Part shown: positions 8,440 through 18,445 of the stretch, one piece after another | How the letters are laid out: each line of letters starts with the position of its first letter | Numbering within the stretch: position 1 is the stretch's first letter | IMG/VR virus record: IMGVR_UViG_3300031951_000043 | DNA: 54,550 nucleotides | Direction: 5' to 3' (one strand) | Source: an uncultured virus (IMG/VR IMGVR_UViG_3300031951_000043) | Lineage: Duplodnaviria; Heunggongvirae; Uroviricota; Caudoviricetes | Notes under the pieces: model-generated | Told to the model about the DNA's origin: nothing | The model's database searches: none | Seen by the model: the letters and a program-made list of their open reading frames with translations, nothing else | Translations under genes and position numbers: made by a program

Positions 8440-10005
8440 TTAGTTAATTCTCACATTTTGATTTAAAATATTATCCGCAGCGTTTCTTATTTTATTTAGA
8501 ATGTCTTGTGACTGTATTCCAGTTGTGCTAACAGGAACCGGAGGTAATCCCGGAAATGGATGTACGTGGGTTGTTAAAAACTGAACGATTAAATTTAATA
8601 AATCCATTAATTCCTCACCCCTTACCATTGAATTTGTCTTTGGTAATATTTCTGAATTCATTAGTTCTTGGGAAATTCCATATACCGTTCCATCAATATT
8701 TATCTTTCCTTTACTTGGTATTGTGGAATTATGTGATAATAAGACCAATTTATCTCCACCCATAATACCGACAGTTTGAGTTAATGGACTTACCGATTTT
8801 TCAACATATTCCTCATTTGTAAATTGCAATGGTTTACCAAAACTATTTTTTGTATATAATACACCTGTACCAAATATTTTATCAGATGGTTGTAATTTTA
8901 CATTAGAATAAATATAACTAACATTATTAAATTGAACCGAATATTGAATTGGGTCTTCGGTTGATATCCATTTATATGTTATTTTATTTGGTCTAAATGC
9001 TAACGGAAATACATTTGGTAATGTTATAGTTACACCTTGTGTTGTTGTAATTCTACCCTCATTATTTAATTTCTTTATTGTATCATTAATGAATTGAGTT
9101 GTTAATTCTTTTGTTAAAGAATTAAATTGAACTGAAGTAACTAGTGTTATATCGCTAGGATTTAATTGCGTATCAACAGTAAACTCAACATTTTTTAGAT
9201 ATTCTATATTATCTTTTAATTGATATAAATCAATTGTTCCGGTAAAATTATTAGGTATTGTATTGTTTTCCGGATTAATAATTGACCATTCCAATAAGAA
9301 TTTAACTTGTGGTGAACCAGTTGTTATTTTTGTAAGCTTTCTCGTACCAACACTGTTTTCAGTTGTTCTATATGCGGAAAGTTGTAAGAATGATCTTTTA
9401 TCGTAATATCTAGGAAGTTGATTGATTTTTTGTGGAATGTTTCTACCTGCTCTTAAAATAACATCATCATCTTTGACGATAATATCACAAGTTCCTCTAC
9501 CAATAATTGCGTTGTCTCTTGGTTCAGGATAAACACCTTTACTGAAATTATTATAATATTCATCAGTTCCCGGTTTTTTAATGTCGGGTAATGGTTTAAC
9601 TTGCGTACCCTGTGAGGTGTATTTTCTGGAACTTAAATAACTTTCAAAACTTGATGCAACAGGTGAAGAAAATCCTCCCTGAACGTAATATTTATTTTGA
9701 TATGGAAATTCTTTATCAGCATAAAAAATATTTACAGATTCCTGAGTTTCAGGTTGTTGATTTATAAAAAATGGTAATAGTGGTAAACATAAAAACGGAT
9801 CTCTAGTAGTCCACTTATATAATTCTGGAATATCTTCTTCAGTATCTTTTGTTGTTTTCTTTAATTCTAAAGCATCGCTCCATACAGCTTGAACAATTTG
9901 TACTTTATTGTCTAATTGTGAGACAGCACGAATTCTTCCCAATAACAAAGGATCTTTATTATCAATGACAATTGCGGGAAAAATTATTTGATTTTTATTT
10001 TTCAT
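8440..10005 (-). CDS. baseplate hub/spike protein (gp5/gpV-like OB fold with C-terminal HxH)
   Basis: N-terminal AIVIDNKDPLLLGRIRA...CLPLLP (gp5 OB-fold motif) and C-terminal THVHP metal-binding spike tip. Confidence 0.7.
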   Translation of the reverse strand: MKNKNQIIFPAIVIDNKDPLLLGRIRAVSQLDNKVQIVQAVWSDALELKKTTKDTEEDIPELYKWTTRDPFLCLPLLPFFINQQPETQESVNIFYADKEFPYQNKYYVQGGFSSPVASSFESYLSSRKYTSQGTQVKPLPDIKKPGTDEYYNNFSKGVYPEPRDNAIIGRGTCDIIVKDDDVILRAGRNIPQKINQLPRYYDKRSFLQLSAYRTTENSVGTRKLTKITTGSPQVKFLLEWSIINPENNTIPNNFTGTIDLYQLKDNIEYLKNVEFTVDTQLNPSDITLVTSVQFNSLTKELTTQFINDTIKKLNNEGRITTTQGVTITLPNVFPLAFRPNKITYKWISTEDPIQYSVQFNNVSYIYSNVKLQPSDKIFGTGVLYTKNSFGKPLQFTNEEYVEKSVSPLTQTVGIMGGDKLVLLSHNSTIPSKGKINIDGTVYGISQELMNSEILPKTNSMVRGEELMDLLNLIVQFLTTHVHPFPGLPPVPVSTTGIQSQDILNKIRNAADNILNQNVRIN

Positions 10006-10202
10006 TATTTTACTCTAGAAGTATACTCTGTATGTATTTTATTATAAGTTTCTTCAATTAAATCTAAGTGTTTTGATAATTTAATAATTAAATTTTTTGT
10101 CTCTTCAAAATCATTATTTAATGAATCCATAGCCATCGTCAAGTCTTTATTTGACGAATTTTTATATTCACTAATTATTGAATTTAATTTTTCTTTATCC
10201 AT
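10005..10202 (-). CDS. hypothetical coiled-coil protein (65 aa)
   Basis: Tightly packed ORF in the operon. Confidence 0.7.
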   Translation of the reverse strand: MDKEKLNSIISEYKNSSNKDLTMAMDSLNNDFEETKNLIIKLSKHLDLIEETYNKIHTEYTSRVK

Positions 10203-10207
10203 TTTAA

Positions 10208-12118
10208 TTATGCTTTAATTCCATACAATTTTATTGGTGCTGGTGCTGGTAATAAAACATTAACAACACCATTTTGAATGTCTTCGTTTTGCACTCCAGT
10301 GATTTCAGCAAATTTTGATGCTAACATTAAATTTGGACTACCATCTGGCATCGGTCCTGTTGGTAGTCCTAATCTTTGATATTCAGTGATAACATTTGTA
10401 AATGCTCTAGAATTGTCAAAGCCGGGTCTTAGTGGTGCCGCAGCTAAAAGAGGTGTTGGTATATAAAAAGGAGTACTTCTTGTTGCTAATGATAAAATTT
10501 GTAATATCTCATCAACAACACTCTTACATCTTCTATAATCAGAAACTAAATTTGCAACGACTAACGCTAATTCAATTAAAGATAAAATCATAGCATATCT
10601 TTTAGTAATGGCATTTCTTGCTAAATCACCAATAATCGCTTGCACTAAAATTCTTAAATCTTTTACTATAATATCAAACAATTCTTTAACAAAAATTGCA
10701 AAAATTTTAGAGGTTAAATTAACCATTAATTTAATATTCTTTTTTATAAATTCGGTTAAATTGGTGAACTCATAAACAAATGTTTTACCTAATGCTAATG
10801 ACATAACAACAAAAGGAAAAAGAATTTTTGGTGTTAAAAGTGCTAAAACAACCGCTCTAGGTAATGATTTTAATATATCTGTATTAATACTAACTTCTAG
10901 TCCTGTCGGTAAAGTAATACCGCCCCATCCTTGGCTTTGTAATAAAGTCTGAGTTAATGAATCTGTTATATTATCTTCAGCATTTGGGTCCGAAACAAAG
11001 TTCATTTGATTAATTAAATCAAATAAAGAATCGATATCCACAGGAAATTTAACATTATCACAATCAGTAAATTCAACAACACCTAACTGAATATCTGATA
11101 TTCTAGCATCAATAGTTCTTAAATCAATTTCCGTTAATTCAAAAAAACTTTGGTCAATTGCGTCAACTTCTGGTGTTTTTGCAATTCCGCTAACATCAAT
11201 TTCACGATTAAAATCAAAACATAACCCTAAAATTCTTTGCAAACGAAGTAAAAATTTACTTTGTTCCTCCATATCCGACATAAGTTTAATTGATATTGCG
11301 CCAGTCAATATTTCAATAATTTGAGCTAAGATATTTTTCGACTCAATCACTTTTATTTTTCTAAAGTAGTCAGCAAAAAATTCGGATACTTTTGGGTTTG
11401 GTCTATTACCCAATGTAACAATAAACGATTCGGTTTGATAATTAAATGGTGGTGGTAATGTTGCTGTTGGGTTAAAGGTAATATCAAATAATGATTGATT
11501 AGAGTAACCTAAATAGGATGAACCAAAATTCTGATTAAAATAATTAGGGTTTGTGTTTTGTGTTGCATAATAAAAACTTCTATTTAAACTGAACGGTGAT
11601 GTTCCAATCGATGTACTATCCGATTTTTCATAAAAAAGTTTACCAGTTACTGAATTCGGTTCTTGTTTAAGTTGTTTAAATAAATCAATCGACCAAAGAG
11701 GTACTGTGACCTGTATTCCCTGTTGATATTCTTCTTGCTCAGAACAACCAAGAGCATTTATCATCTCATCCTGTAAAAGTTTCATTATTTTTGGACTACT
11801 TCTATTTGCTGAAGCAATTAATGCTTTTTTAATATAGTTAAGTGTTGTTGAGTTACCCTGAGCACCTCTTCCGTTCGGATTAAATTTCGCAAAATCTAAA
11901 AGTCTATCAAATTGATTTTTTACCTCCTGTTCATATTTTTTAGTCACGTTACTTAACCCATCCGGTAAGCCTTTATTAACGAGCCTATCGGCCTGTGTTA
12001 AGTTATTACCAGCGGACTTTTTTAAACTTTTAATATCGTCAGTGACTTGCTTATATGTTGCATAAGCCTTACTCTTCTCTTCAACTTCCCTATAAGAGCT
12101 TTCTAAATCTGCCGCCAT
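10208..12118 (-). CDS. hypothetical protein (636 aa), probably structural, with hydrophobic helical C-terminal half
   Basis: Long ORF in the operon with the spike gene. Confidence 0.65.
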   Translation of the reverse strand: MAADLESSYREVEEKSKAYATYKQVTDDIKSLKKSAGNNLTQADRLVNKGLPDGLSNVTKKYEQEVKNQFDRLLDFAKFNPNGRGAQGNSTTLNYIKKALIASANRSSPKIMKLLQDEMINALGCSEQEEYQQGIQVTVPLWSIDLFKQLKQEPNSVTGKLFYEKSDSTSIGTSPFSLNRSFYYATQNTNPNYFNQNFGSSYLGYSNQSLFDITFNPTATLPPPFNYQTESFIVTLGNRPNPKVSEFFADYFRKIKVIESKNILAQIIEILTGAISIKLMSDMEEQSKFLLRLQRILGLCFDFNREIDVSGIAKTPEVDAIDQSFFELTEIDLRTIDARISDIQLGVVEFTDCDNVKFPVDIDSLFDLINQMNFVSDPNAEDNITDSLTQTLLQSQGWGGITLPTGLEVSINTDILKSLPRAVVLALLTPKILFPFVVMSLALGKTFVYEFTNLTEFIKKNIKLMVNLTSKIFAIFVKELFDIIVKDLRILVQAIIGDLARNAITKRYAMILSLIELALVVANLVSDYRRCKSVVDEILQILSLATRSTPFYIPTPLLAAAPLRPGFDNSRAFTNVITEYQRLGLPTGPMPDGSPNLMLASKFAEITGVQNEDIQNGVVNVLLPAPAPIKLYGIKA

Positions 12119-12127
12119 AATAAATAA

Positions 12128-12496
12128 TTATTTTAACTTATATGACGTATTGTCAGAAATATTCTCAATATCTTTTTTCATTAAGTTTTCAATTAATGTT
12201 GGATCAATGTCAGCTAAATTATAATCCTCTTGTTTTCCGGAGCTTTTTTCCCAAATGGACGCTTGTAATTTAGCTAAGGATAGTTTTTTTTCAACAACAT
12301 CATTAATTATTTTTTGTTGTTTTTCAATAACCGGCCCAATCGTTTGCATGTCCTCAGGATCCTTTAACATTACCAACATTTTATTTTGAATTCTAATAGC
12401 GGTATTTCTCTGCTCAACGAGTTCGTTGTAGATTTCCTGCATCATTGCAAGAATCGATTCCTTTGTTAGATTTATTTCTTTTTTCTTCCCTGACAT
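12128..12496 (-). CDS. hypothetical coiled-coil protein (122 aa)
   Basis: ORF; TATTTATA-att-ATG directly upstream. Confidence 0.75.
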   Translation of the reverse strand: MSGKKKEINLTKESILAMMQEIYNELVEQRNTAIRIQNKMLVMLKDPEDMQTIGPVIEKQQKIINDVVEKKLSLAKLQASIWEKSSGKQEDYNLADIDPTLIENLMKKDIENISDNTSYKLK

Positions 12497-12507
12497 AATT
12501 ATAAATA

Positions 12508-13239
12508 TTAGTCTAACATATTTTTTAAAGTACCATTATATAGTATTTTAAACTTCTTTATTGAAATTCGTATTTCTTTTGTTGATAAATTTGTTAGTTC
12601 TCTTAGTGTTAATAAAATTAAATTTTTATTAAATTTATTATTTCTTGTTTCATAAAATAAAGATTGATAATTTGAAAATAACTCTATTAGACCATATGCT
12701 AATTTTTTTTCATTCTCATTTAGATTTGAATTTTCCGCAAAATTGATTAAATCAGATAAATATGTTTTAACAATATCTTCTTCATCAATTTCATAATTCT
12801 CTATTAAATAAGACATTTCATAATTATTCTCTAGACTACTACATACATCTTCATAAGAAATTTTTTTATTTTTTTCTTTCTGATCTTTAATGATTTGACC
12901 CATTAAATAATTTTTACAAATTGTGCCAAAATAAGAATATGCTTTCTTTTCTCTTGACGGTTTGAATTTATCAACTTTAGTCATTAAAAAAGAATGTGTG
13001 TCTGTATGAATTTCTTTAAAATCCATATCTTTTCTATATAACTTATATCTTCTTATGATAGAAGATATCATTTTGTCAAGAGGGTGTCTTAAATACTCGT
13101 TGTATATCTTATTCTTTTCTTCAATTGTTGTTGCGGATAAGAACACTCTAACCGCGTGTTCTTGTTCCTCACCAAAATAATTTTCTTTTTCTATTTGTTC
13201 ACCTCCTGTTTTAGTAACCTTTTTTGGTTTTACAGGCAT
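12508..13239 (-). CDS. phage sigma-factor-like protein (T4 gp55-like late sigma)
   Basis: ENYF...KVDKFKPSREKKAYSYFGTICKNYL resembles sigma region 2 of gp55-like proteins; helical C-terminus. Confidence 0.6.
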   Translation of the reverse strand: MPVKPKKVTKTGGEQIEKENYFGEEQEHAVRVFLSATTIEEKNKIYNEYLRHPLDKMISSIIRRYKLYRKDMDFKEIHTDTHSFLMTKVDKFKPSREKKAYSYFGTICKNYLMGQIIKDQKEKNKKISYEDVCSSLENNYEMSYLIENYEIDEEDIVKTYLSDLINFAENSNLNENEKKLAYGLIELFSNYQSLFYETRNNKFNKNLILLTLRELTNLSTKEIRISIKKFKILYNGTLKNMLD

Positions 13240-14045
13240 TAAACTTCTTGTTGTTCATATTTTATGCTTCTATCTTTTGTGAAGAAATATTCTTTTTTAG
13301 CAATATTCACCCAGAATTTAACCTCGTCTTCAGTAAGGACATTTTCACCATTCTTATAATTCCAAAAAATAGAACCTTCTCTTAAATTAATGTGTTTATA
13401 ACCAACTCTAGGTATAGTCATTATTTTTGCTGAGTTATATGTCATTCTTAACAAGAACTCATAAACGAAGGTTAATTTCATTGATGCTTTGAACATTCCA
13501 AATTCCATTACTTTGTCACGTTTAATAACCATTCCAGATGTTTGGAAATTTTGATAATTTTGTAATGTTTCATTTGTTAAAATACCCATTTCCATTGCAA
13601 AGTTCGCAGCAAATGTTGCTTCATTCGTGAAACCCGCAAAAGTACCCTTCGAGTCAACATCAACAACAATTGGAAGAAATGCTTGAACATCTGGATAGAT
13701 TTCAGCATATTTCTTAACATTTTTAAACCAAATGCTAGAGTATTCATCATCAAATTCAAAAAATGAAACCCATTCAGATGATGACGATTCAATACCTAAG
13801 TTAACTTGGGATGCAAAGTTTGGAGTTTCGTTATATTCAACAAGTTTAACATTTAACTCACCAAAATCAGTTTCTTTTAGTTTACCAACTAACTGTTCCT
13901 CAGTTGTATGTACGATAATTAATTCGTTAATACCAACTTGTTGTGTCTGTAATGATTTAATTGCTTTTTCAAAATATTCATTAAAATCTTTTACCAAAGC
14001 TGATTTAATTGGTAAAATGACGGATACGTTTAATTTGTTTTCCAT
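13239..14045 (-). CDS. GT-A fold (GT2-like) glycosyltransferase
   Basis: VSVILPI start, NLGI...WVSFFEFDDEY (DxD-equivalent). Confidence 0.75.
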   Translation of the reverse strand: MENKLNVSVILPIKSALVKDFNEYFEKAIKSLQTQQVGINELIIVHTTEEQLVGKLKETDFGELNVKLVEYNETPNFASQVNLGIESSSSEWVSFFEFDDEYSSIWFKNVKKYAEIYPDVQAFLPIVVDVDSKGTFAGFTNEATFAANFAMEMGILTNETLQNYQNFQTSGMVIKRDKVMEFGMFKASMKLTFVYEFLLRMTYNSAKIMTIPRVGYKHINLREGSIFWNYKNGENVLTEDEVKFWVNIAKKEYFFTKDRSIKYEQQEV

Positions 14046-14046
14046 G

Positions 14047-15114
14047 TTATGCTTCGACTGTTTCGTTAAGTTTATTTAATTGTGAGACAAATGATTCCTT
14101 TCTTGAATTTAAATAAGAATCAAAAAGTTCAATTACTTTATTATCAAACTTTTCAGCATCTGAGAATTGTGCTGCGGTTTTTTCAATTTCATCAAATAGT
14201 TCTGGTTTAATATTATCTTCAATCCAGTTTTGAACAAAATCAGCGGTAATATCAGCTAACTGTGTTGGGTTTTCCAACCAAATACCATTTTCTTCTTTCA
14301 TCCAAGAAGGAACCAAATTTGGGACTTGTCCAATAACCGGAACACCAACCTTCATTGACTCCAATGGGAATGTACCAAAAGCACTTGTTGGGTCAATCCA
14401 AACGGAAAGGAAGCAATCTTTCAATCCATTTGCGAATTCTTTTTCAGTTAAACCTCTTAAATCTCTAAATGTGACCCATCTAAACTGGGGATATTTTAAG
14501 TAGAATGTTTTAATGAAATTTAAACCATCTCTTTGCTCTCTAGCATGTACAGCAACAATCGGTTTTGCGGGAAGAGTTGCTTTTTCAAAAGTGTCGGGAA
14601 TATATGGTTCCAAAATATCAATTGAAGCGGTTTTCATTATTTTTGAAATGAAATCCTTTTGAGTTTCAGAAGTTGTAATACACTTAACAAAACCATATTG
14701 CATCCAAGTTGCACCCGGTTGTAGTGTTTCCATCATATGGTCATATGCTTGACAAAGAACAATTTTACCGCAAGGTAAGTTTTTAACTTGGTCCATAACG
14801 AAAGCAAATATTTCCGGAATTACAAGATAATCTTCGGGTGAAATTTCTAAGCTAGTACCCTCAATAGATTTGTGTGGAAGTTCCTTCATATAATCATCAC
14901 CCAACCAATTTGCAACACCAACATAATCGGGTTTTTCATGAAGAATTATTGCATTATAACCCGCTCTTTTTAAGGTTAACGCCATTTGATAAATATATCT
15001 AATGGAACCTTTAGCATTTCCTTTAGTATCTTGAACAAAGAAATAAATTTTAGAATTTTTTTGTTCTATATTTGAAATAGAATTTTTTAATTTTTCAACA
15101 ACACTATTATCCAT
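14047..15114 (-). CDS. GT-B fold glycosyltransferase-like protein
   Basis: KIYFFVQD..GNAKGSI..IYQMA and AFGTFPLESMKVGVPVIG (GT4-like signature). Confidence 0.7.
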   Translation of the reverse strand: MDNSVVEKLKNSISNIEQKNSKIYFFVQDTKGNAKGSIRYIYQMALTLKRAGYNAIILHEKPDYVGVANWLGDDYMKELPHKSIEGTSLEISPEDYLVIPEIFAFVMDQVKNLPCGKIVLCQAYDHMMETLQPGATWMQYGFVKCITTSETQKDFISKIMKTASIDILEPYIPDTFEKATLPAKPIVAVHAREQRDGLNFIKTFYLKYPQFRWVTFRDLRGLTEKEFANGLKDCFLSVWIDPTSAFGTFPLESMKVGVPVIGQVPNLVPSWMKEENGIWLENPTQLADITADFVQNWIEDNIKPELFDEIEKTAAQFSDAEKFDNKVIELFDSYLNSRKESFVSQLNKLNETVEA

Positions 15115-15115
15115 A

Positions 15116-15376
15116 TTAAATTTTGTTAAGTATTTTATGTTTTATTAATGTATTAAAAGCTAGCTTAAAGGGAATAGAAATTGATTGTCCTTTTAAACCT
15201 AATGTTTCATCAATTTGTTCTTCATTAGAAAGAATGACTTCAATCATCGCTTTAATAACTTCAAATTTAACCGCGCTTATACTGAGTTCAGTTCCACCAG
15301 ATACGCTTGGTAATGCGACATATTCATCAAATTGGTCTATGTCAATGTAATATGCGTCTCCAAAAAGTTTAATCAT
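15116..15376 (-). CDS. hypothetical protein (86 aa)
   Basis: Coupled ORF in the operon. Confidence 0.7.
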   Translation of the reverse strand: MIKLFGDAYYIDIDQFDEYVALPSVSGGTELSISAVKFEVIKAMIEVILSNEEQIDETLGLKGQSISIPFKLAFNTLIKHKILNKI

Positions 15377-16037
15377 TTTTTAATGTTTTAATAATTCCTT
15401 CCAATTCCTTAATTTTATTTATTTCGTATTTTGAAGGAATATGTTTATTATATTCTTGATTGAATTTTATAACTGTTTTGTTGGATGGGTGATTTACGAG
15501 TAAGTCAGGGTTAGCTGTGATTAGAACATCAATTTCATCCCACATTGAATTGATTGTGGAATTACTGTAAAATCTTATGGTCTCAATTAAGCAACCAAAC
15601 TTGGACAAAAAGAATAATGAAGCTGGTTTTGATTTACCGATTTCATCTGAAACAATAACCAAATCATGTTCATCTCGCAAATTTCGATAAATATCATTTA
15701 AATCATTAAATGAGAAGTATTCAATAGAGGGCGCATGACCAAATATTTGCATGGGAAATTCTTCGTACATAAATGAGTATAATTCATCATCATTTCTAAA
15801 TGCGAAATGTTCTTTAAGATTTAAAGACGTTATTGGTCTTTTTATTTCATAGGTAAAGTTATCTTCAGCACTTACTTCGGTAAATGTTGCTTCATCAGTA
15901 TCTAAACTGGACTCACCTTCATGTTGTTTTAATGGTTGTTCTTCAACATCTTGCTCAAGATAGGTTTTTTCATAGATTTGAACAATCTTACCAAGAGTAT
16001 CTCTTAAAACACCATTTAATTCAATACCAATTCTCAT
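15369..16037 (-). CDS. HAD-fold 5'(3')-nucleotidase-like protein with degenerate motif I
   Basis: MRIGIELNGVLRD corresponds to IGIDxDGVL; ending VIKFNQEYNKH is typical of the family. Confidence 0.6.
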   Translation of the reverse strand: MRIGIELNGVLRDTLGKIVQIYEKTYLEQDVEEQPLKQHEGESSLDTDEATFTEVSAEDNFTYEIKRPITSLNLKEHFAFRNDDELYSFMYEEFPMQIFGHAPSIEYFSFNDLNDIYRNLRDEHDLVIVSDEIGKSKPASLFFLSKFGCLIETIRFYSNSTINSMWDEIDVLITANPDLLVNHPSNKTVIKFNQEYNKHIPSKYEINKIKELEGIIKTLKND

Positions 16038-16170
16038 TAATACTTTTTATGAAAAATTAAAAAGTAATTTTAATAACTAAATAGTTATTATTTGTAAAAC
16101 GATATTTTTCTATTTATATCTAAAATATAATTTTTATTTTATATTAAAAATAAACATATAATTTATAATT

Positions 16171-16464
16171 ATGGAAAAAATTGAACAGCATGAACTGTCT
16201 TTAAAAATTAAAGCGATGTTTAATGATGAACGTAACAAGACAAAAAAAGAAGAAAGACCTGAATTCTTATTTTGTAATCACACAAAGGAAGTTAAACAAG
16301 TTTTAATTGATTCAGCGGATGTTATTTTTAATAAGTTACTTGATAGTTTATCTTATTGCGATGAGGGAACAATTAGAAATAACTTAAATTCATTTATAAA
16401 TGATTTGGTTTTGTATGTAGAAAAAGAAGTTAATGCTATTCTTATTGAAGAAAAGAAAATTTAA
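16171..16464 (+). CDS. hypothetical protein (97 aa)
   Basis: Isolated plus-strand ORF followed by a terminator. Confidence 0.65.
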   Translation: MEKIEQHELSLKIKAMFNDERNKTKKEERPEFLFCNHTKEVKQVLIDSADVIFNKLLDSLSYCDEGTIRNNLNSFINDLVLYVEKEVNAILIEEKKI

Positions 16465-16481
16465 TAAAAAAGTTTAAAAAC

Positions 16482-16518
16482 AAAAAATAAATCCCATAAA
16501 TTGTGGGATTTATTTTTT
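16482..16518. terminator. bidirectional intrinsic terminator
   Basis: aaaaaataaatcccata-aat-tgtgggatttatttttt inverted repeat with A and T tails between convergent genes. Confidence 0.8.
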
Positions 16519-16537
16519 TAGAAAAACGAAGCAAAAA

Positions 16538-18358
16538 TTAAGATTGGTATCTTTTTAATATTTTGGATATTATAGGATTTCTGACAATATCTTCTTCGGT
16601 AAATTCAAATAATCCGATTTCATCAATATTTTGTAATCTTTTCATTGCATCATATAAACCCGATTTTTCTAATTGTTTAAATTTATCAGATTGCTCAACA
16701 TCACCAATTATAAAGAATTTACTATTATGACCTATTCTTGTTAAAATAAGTTTCATTTCCGCAGGTGTACAGTTTTGACTTTCTTCAAGAAGTAAAATTG
16801 AATTTTCAACCGAAATTCCGCGAATAAATGAAATTGACATAACTTCAATTATGTTAAAAAACTCTAATTTACCAGCAACACCTTCACCTAATATTTTATT
16901 TAATAAATAAAATGATGCGTACATATATGGGTTCATTTTTTCTCGTTCATTTCCCGGAAGCGAACCTAACCTGCTTTCACCACCCTCTACGGCTGGTCGT
17001 ATAATTATAATTTTTTCATATGGTGTTGTGGGATCTAATATTAATTCTATTGCAGTTCTTAATGTGAGGTGTGAATTATGTGTAACTATAAAATTATCCG
17101 TTAAATAAAGACCTTTTTCTGAATTAACAGTAATACATTTAGCTTCTTTATTACCAATAAATTCAACATTTGTTATATATCGTTTTGGTAAATATCTACT
17201 TTTTGGTTTGACCAATTTTAATTTTCTTTTTAATCTAAAAGGAGTAATTTCGTTTGGTAAACAAATACATAATTCGTATGCTAATAATCCCATAATTTTT
17301 TCGCCTTCTTTATTTCTATAAAATGGTTGTTTTAACCATCTTTTAACAACACCACCTAAACTATTAACTAAAAAAACCATATCATCTGCTAATTTTTTAG
17401 ATGTGGTTGTAAAAAATACTGAACCAGATTTTGAATCTACTGTACCGTCAGTATCCATTAGACCTTGTAATAGAGAAATTCTATTTTCAATCGAATTGAA
17501 CATATATTCATAAGGTATAAATTTATTTTCACTTTTTTTATAAAGTAAATTTAATTGGTTTAGCTCATTCAAAAATTCGTTTTTCCCGTTCTCACCAATA
17601 ATTGAATATTTATATTTACCTTTTGGTTTGTTTAGGTGAATATTTTCTGGAATTAAAGCTTTTATGTTCTCAACAATTTCATTATCTGCACATGTAAACG
17701 TAATGTATTGTGTTAATCCCCCATCACCAATAAGTACCCCCAATATATATGGGTCAATTAATAATTTTTGTTCATTAAATTGAACAGGTTTTGTAACTGG
17801 AATTGAATGATTTTTATCACCTCTTTTTGTTGTTAATGTTTCTTTAATTTTTTTTAGTGTTTTAACACTATAATCTTTTGGTGAAGAAATTCTTTTATTT
17901 AATCTATTTTCACCGACTCGTTTTCTGGCATTTCTCTCATAATAAGTTTTTGTATACCATAAATGATCTTCACATGATTCGGTAAAAGTACCGTCATTAA
18001 ATAATACTCTATAAATCGGCTTTTCCCCTTGTGGATGAACCGCAATAACCTCAACCGGGTTTCCATTTTCATCAATAACAAAATCTCCTACGACTATATC
18101 ACCCATATTAACCATTCCGGTGGGTGTAATTATTTTGGCATCAATTGGTTGTGCTTTTCCTGTACCAGCACTTCCTGAACAAATTGTAATTTCTTTTTCT
18201 TTTAAGAGTTGATAAAATTTTTTTTGGTTTTCGTTTAAAAATTTTTCTTTTGGTCTTTTTGTTATGATATTAGCAATTAAATCTTTCTTATTTATTTCCT
18301 TTGGTTCTTCAGGAACTTGATTTACCGTTTTTGGTTTTGCTTTTTGTTTTGCTGGCAT
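16538..18358 (-). CDS. phoH: PhoH-like ATPase interrupted by an intein
   Basis: GSAGTGK|S Walker A, IIIIRPAVE..LGSLPG, FIRG, EESQN, LTRIG, GDVEQSD, DIVRNP. Confidence 0.9.
   Translation of the reverse strand: MPAKQKAKPKTVNQVPEEPKEINKKDLIANIITKRPKEKFLNENQKKFYQLLKEKEITICSGSAGTGKAQPIDAKIITPTGMVNMGDIVVGDFVIDENGNPVEVIAVHPQGEKPIYRVLFNDGTFTESCEDHLWYTKTYYERNARKRVGENRLNKRISSPKDYSVKTLKKIKETLTTKRGDKNHSIPVTKPVQFNEQKLLIDPYILGVLIGDGGLTQYITFTCADNEIVENIKALIPENIHLNKPKGKYKYSIIGENGKNEFLNELNQLNLLYKKSENKFIPYEYMFNSIENRISLLQGLMDTDGTVDSKSGSVFFTTTSKKLADDMVFLVNSLGGVVKRWLKQPFYRNKEGEKIMGLLAYELCICLPNEITPFRLKRKLKLVKPKSRYLPKRYITNVEFIGNKEAKCITVNSEKGLYLTDNFIVTHNSHLTLRTAIELILDPTTPYEKIIIIRPAVEGGESRLGSLPGNEREKMNPYMYASFYLLNKILGEGVAGKLEFFNIIEVMSISFIRGISVENSILLLEESQNCTPAEMKLILTRIGHNSKFFIIGDVEQSDKFKQLEKSGLYDAMKRLQNIDEIGLFEFTEEDIVRNPIISKILKRYQS
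17075..18154 (-). mobile_element. class 3 intein (360 aa) with LAGLIDADG homing endonuclease
   Basis: Begins Ala (AQPIDAKI) and ends THN before Ser. WCT triad: DHLW, AKCITV, VTHN. LAGLIDADG motifs LGVLIGDG and LQGLMDTDG. Confidence 0.9.
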
Positions 18359-18445
18359 TAAATTTTTTGATTTTTTTAATTATTATTTATATATAAATAT
18401 AAATCAAAACTAAAGTAATAAAAATTATTACTAATGTTTTTTTAT

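Noticed and set aside
16038..16170. Extremely AT-rich intergenic stretch as a replication origin
   Set aside because: No iterons are visible, and it is adequately explained as a divergent promoter region.
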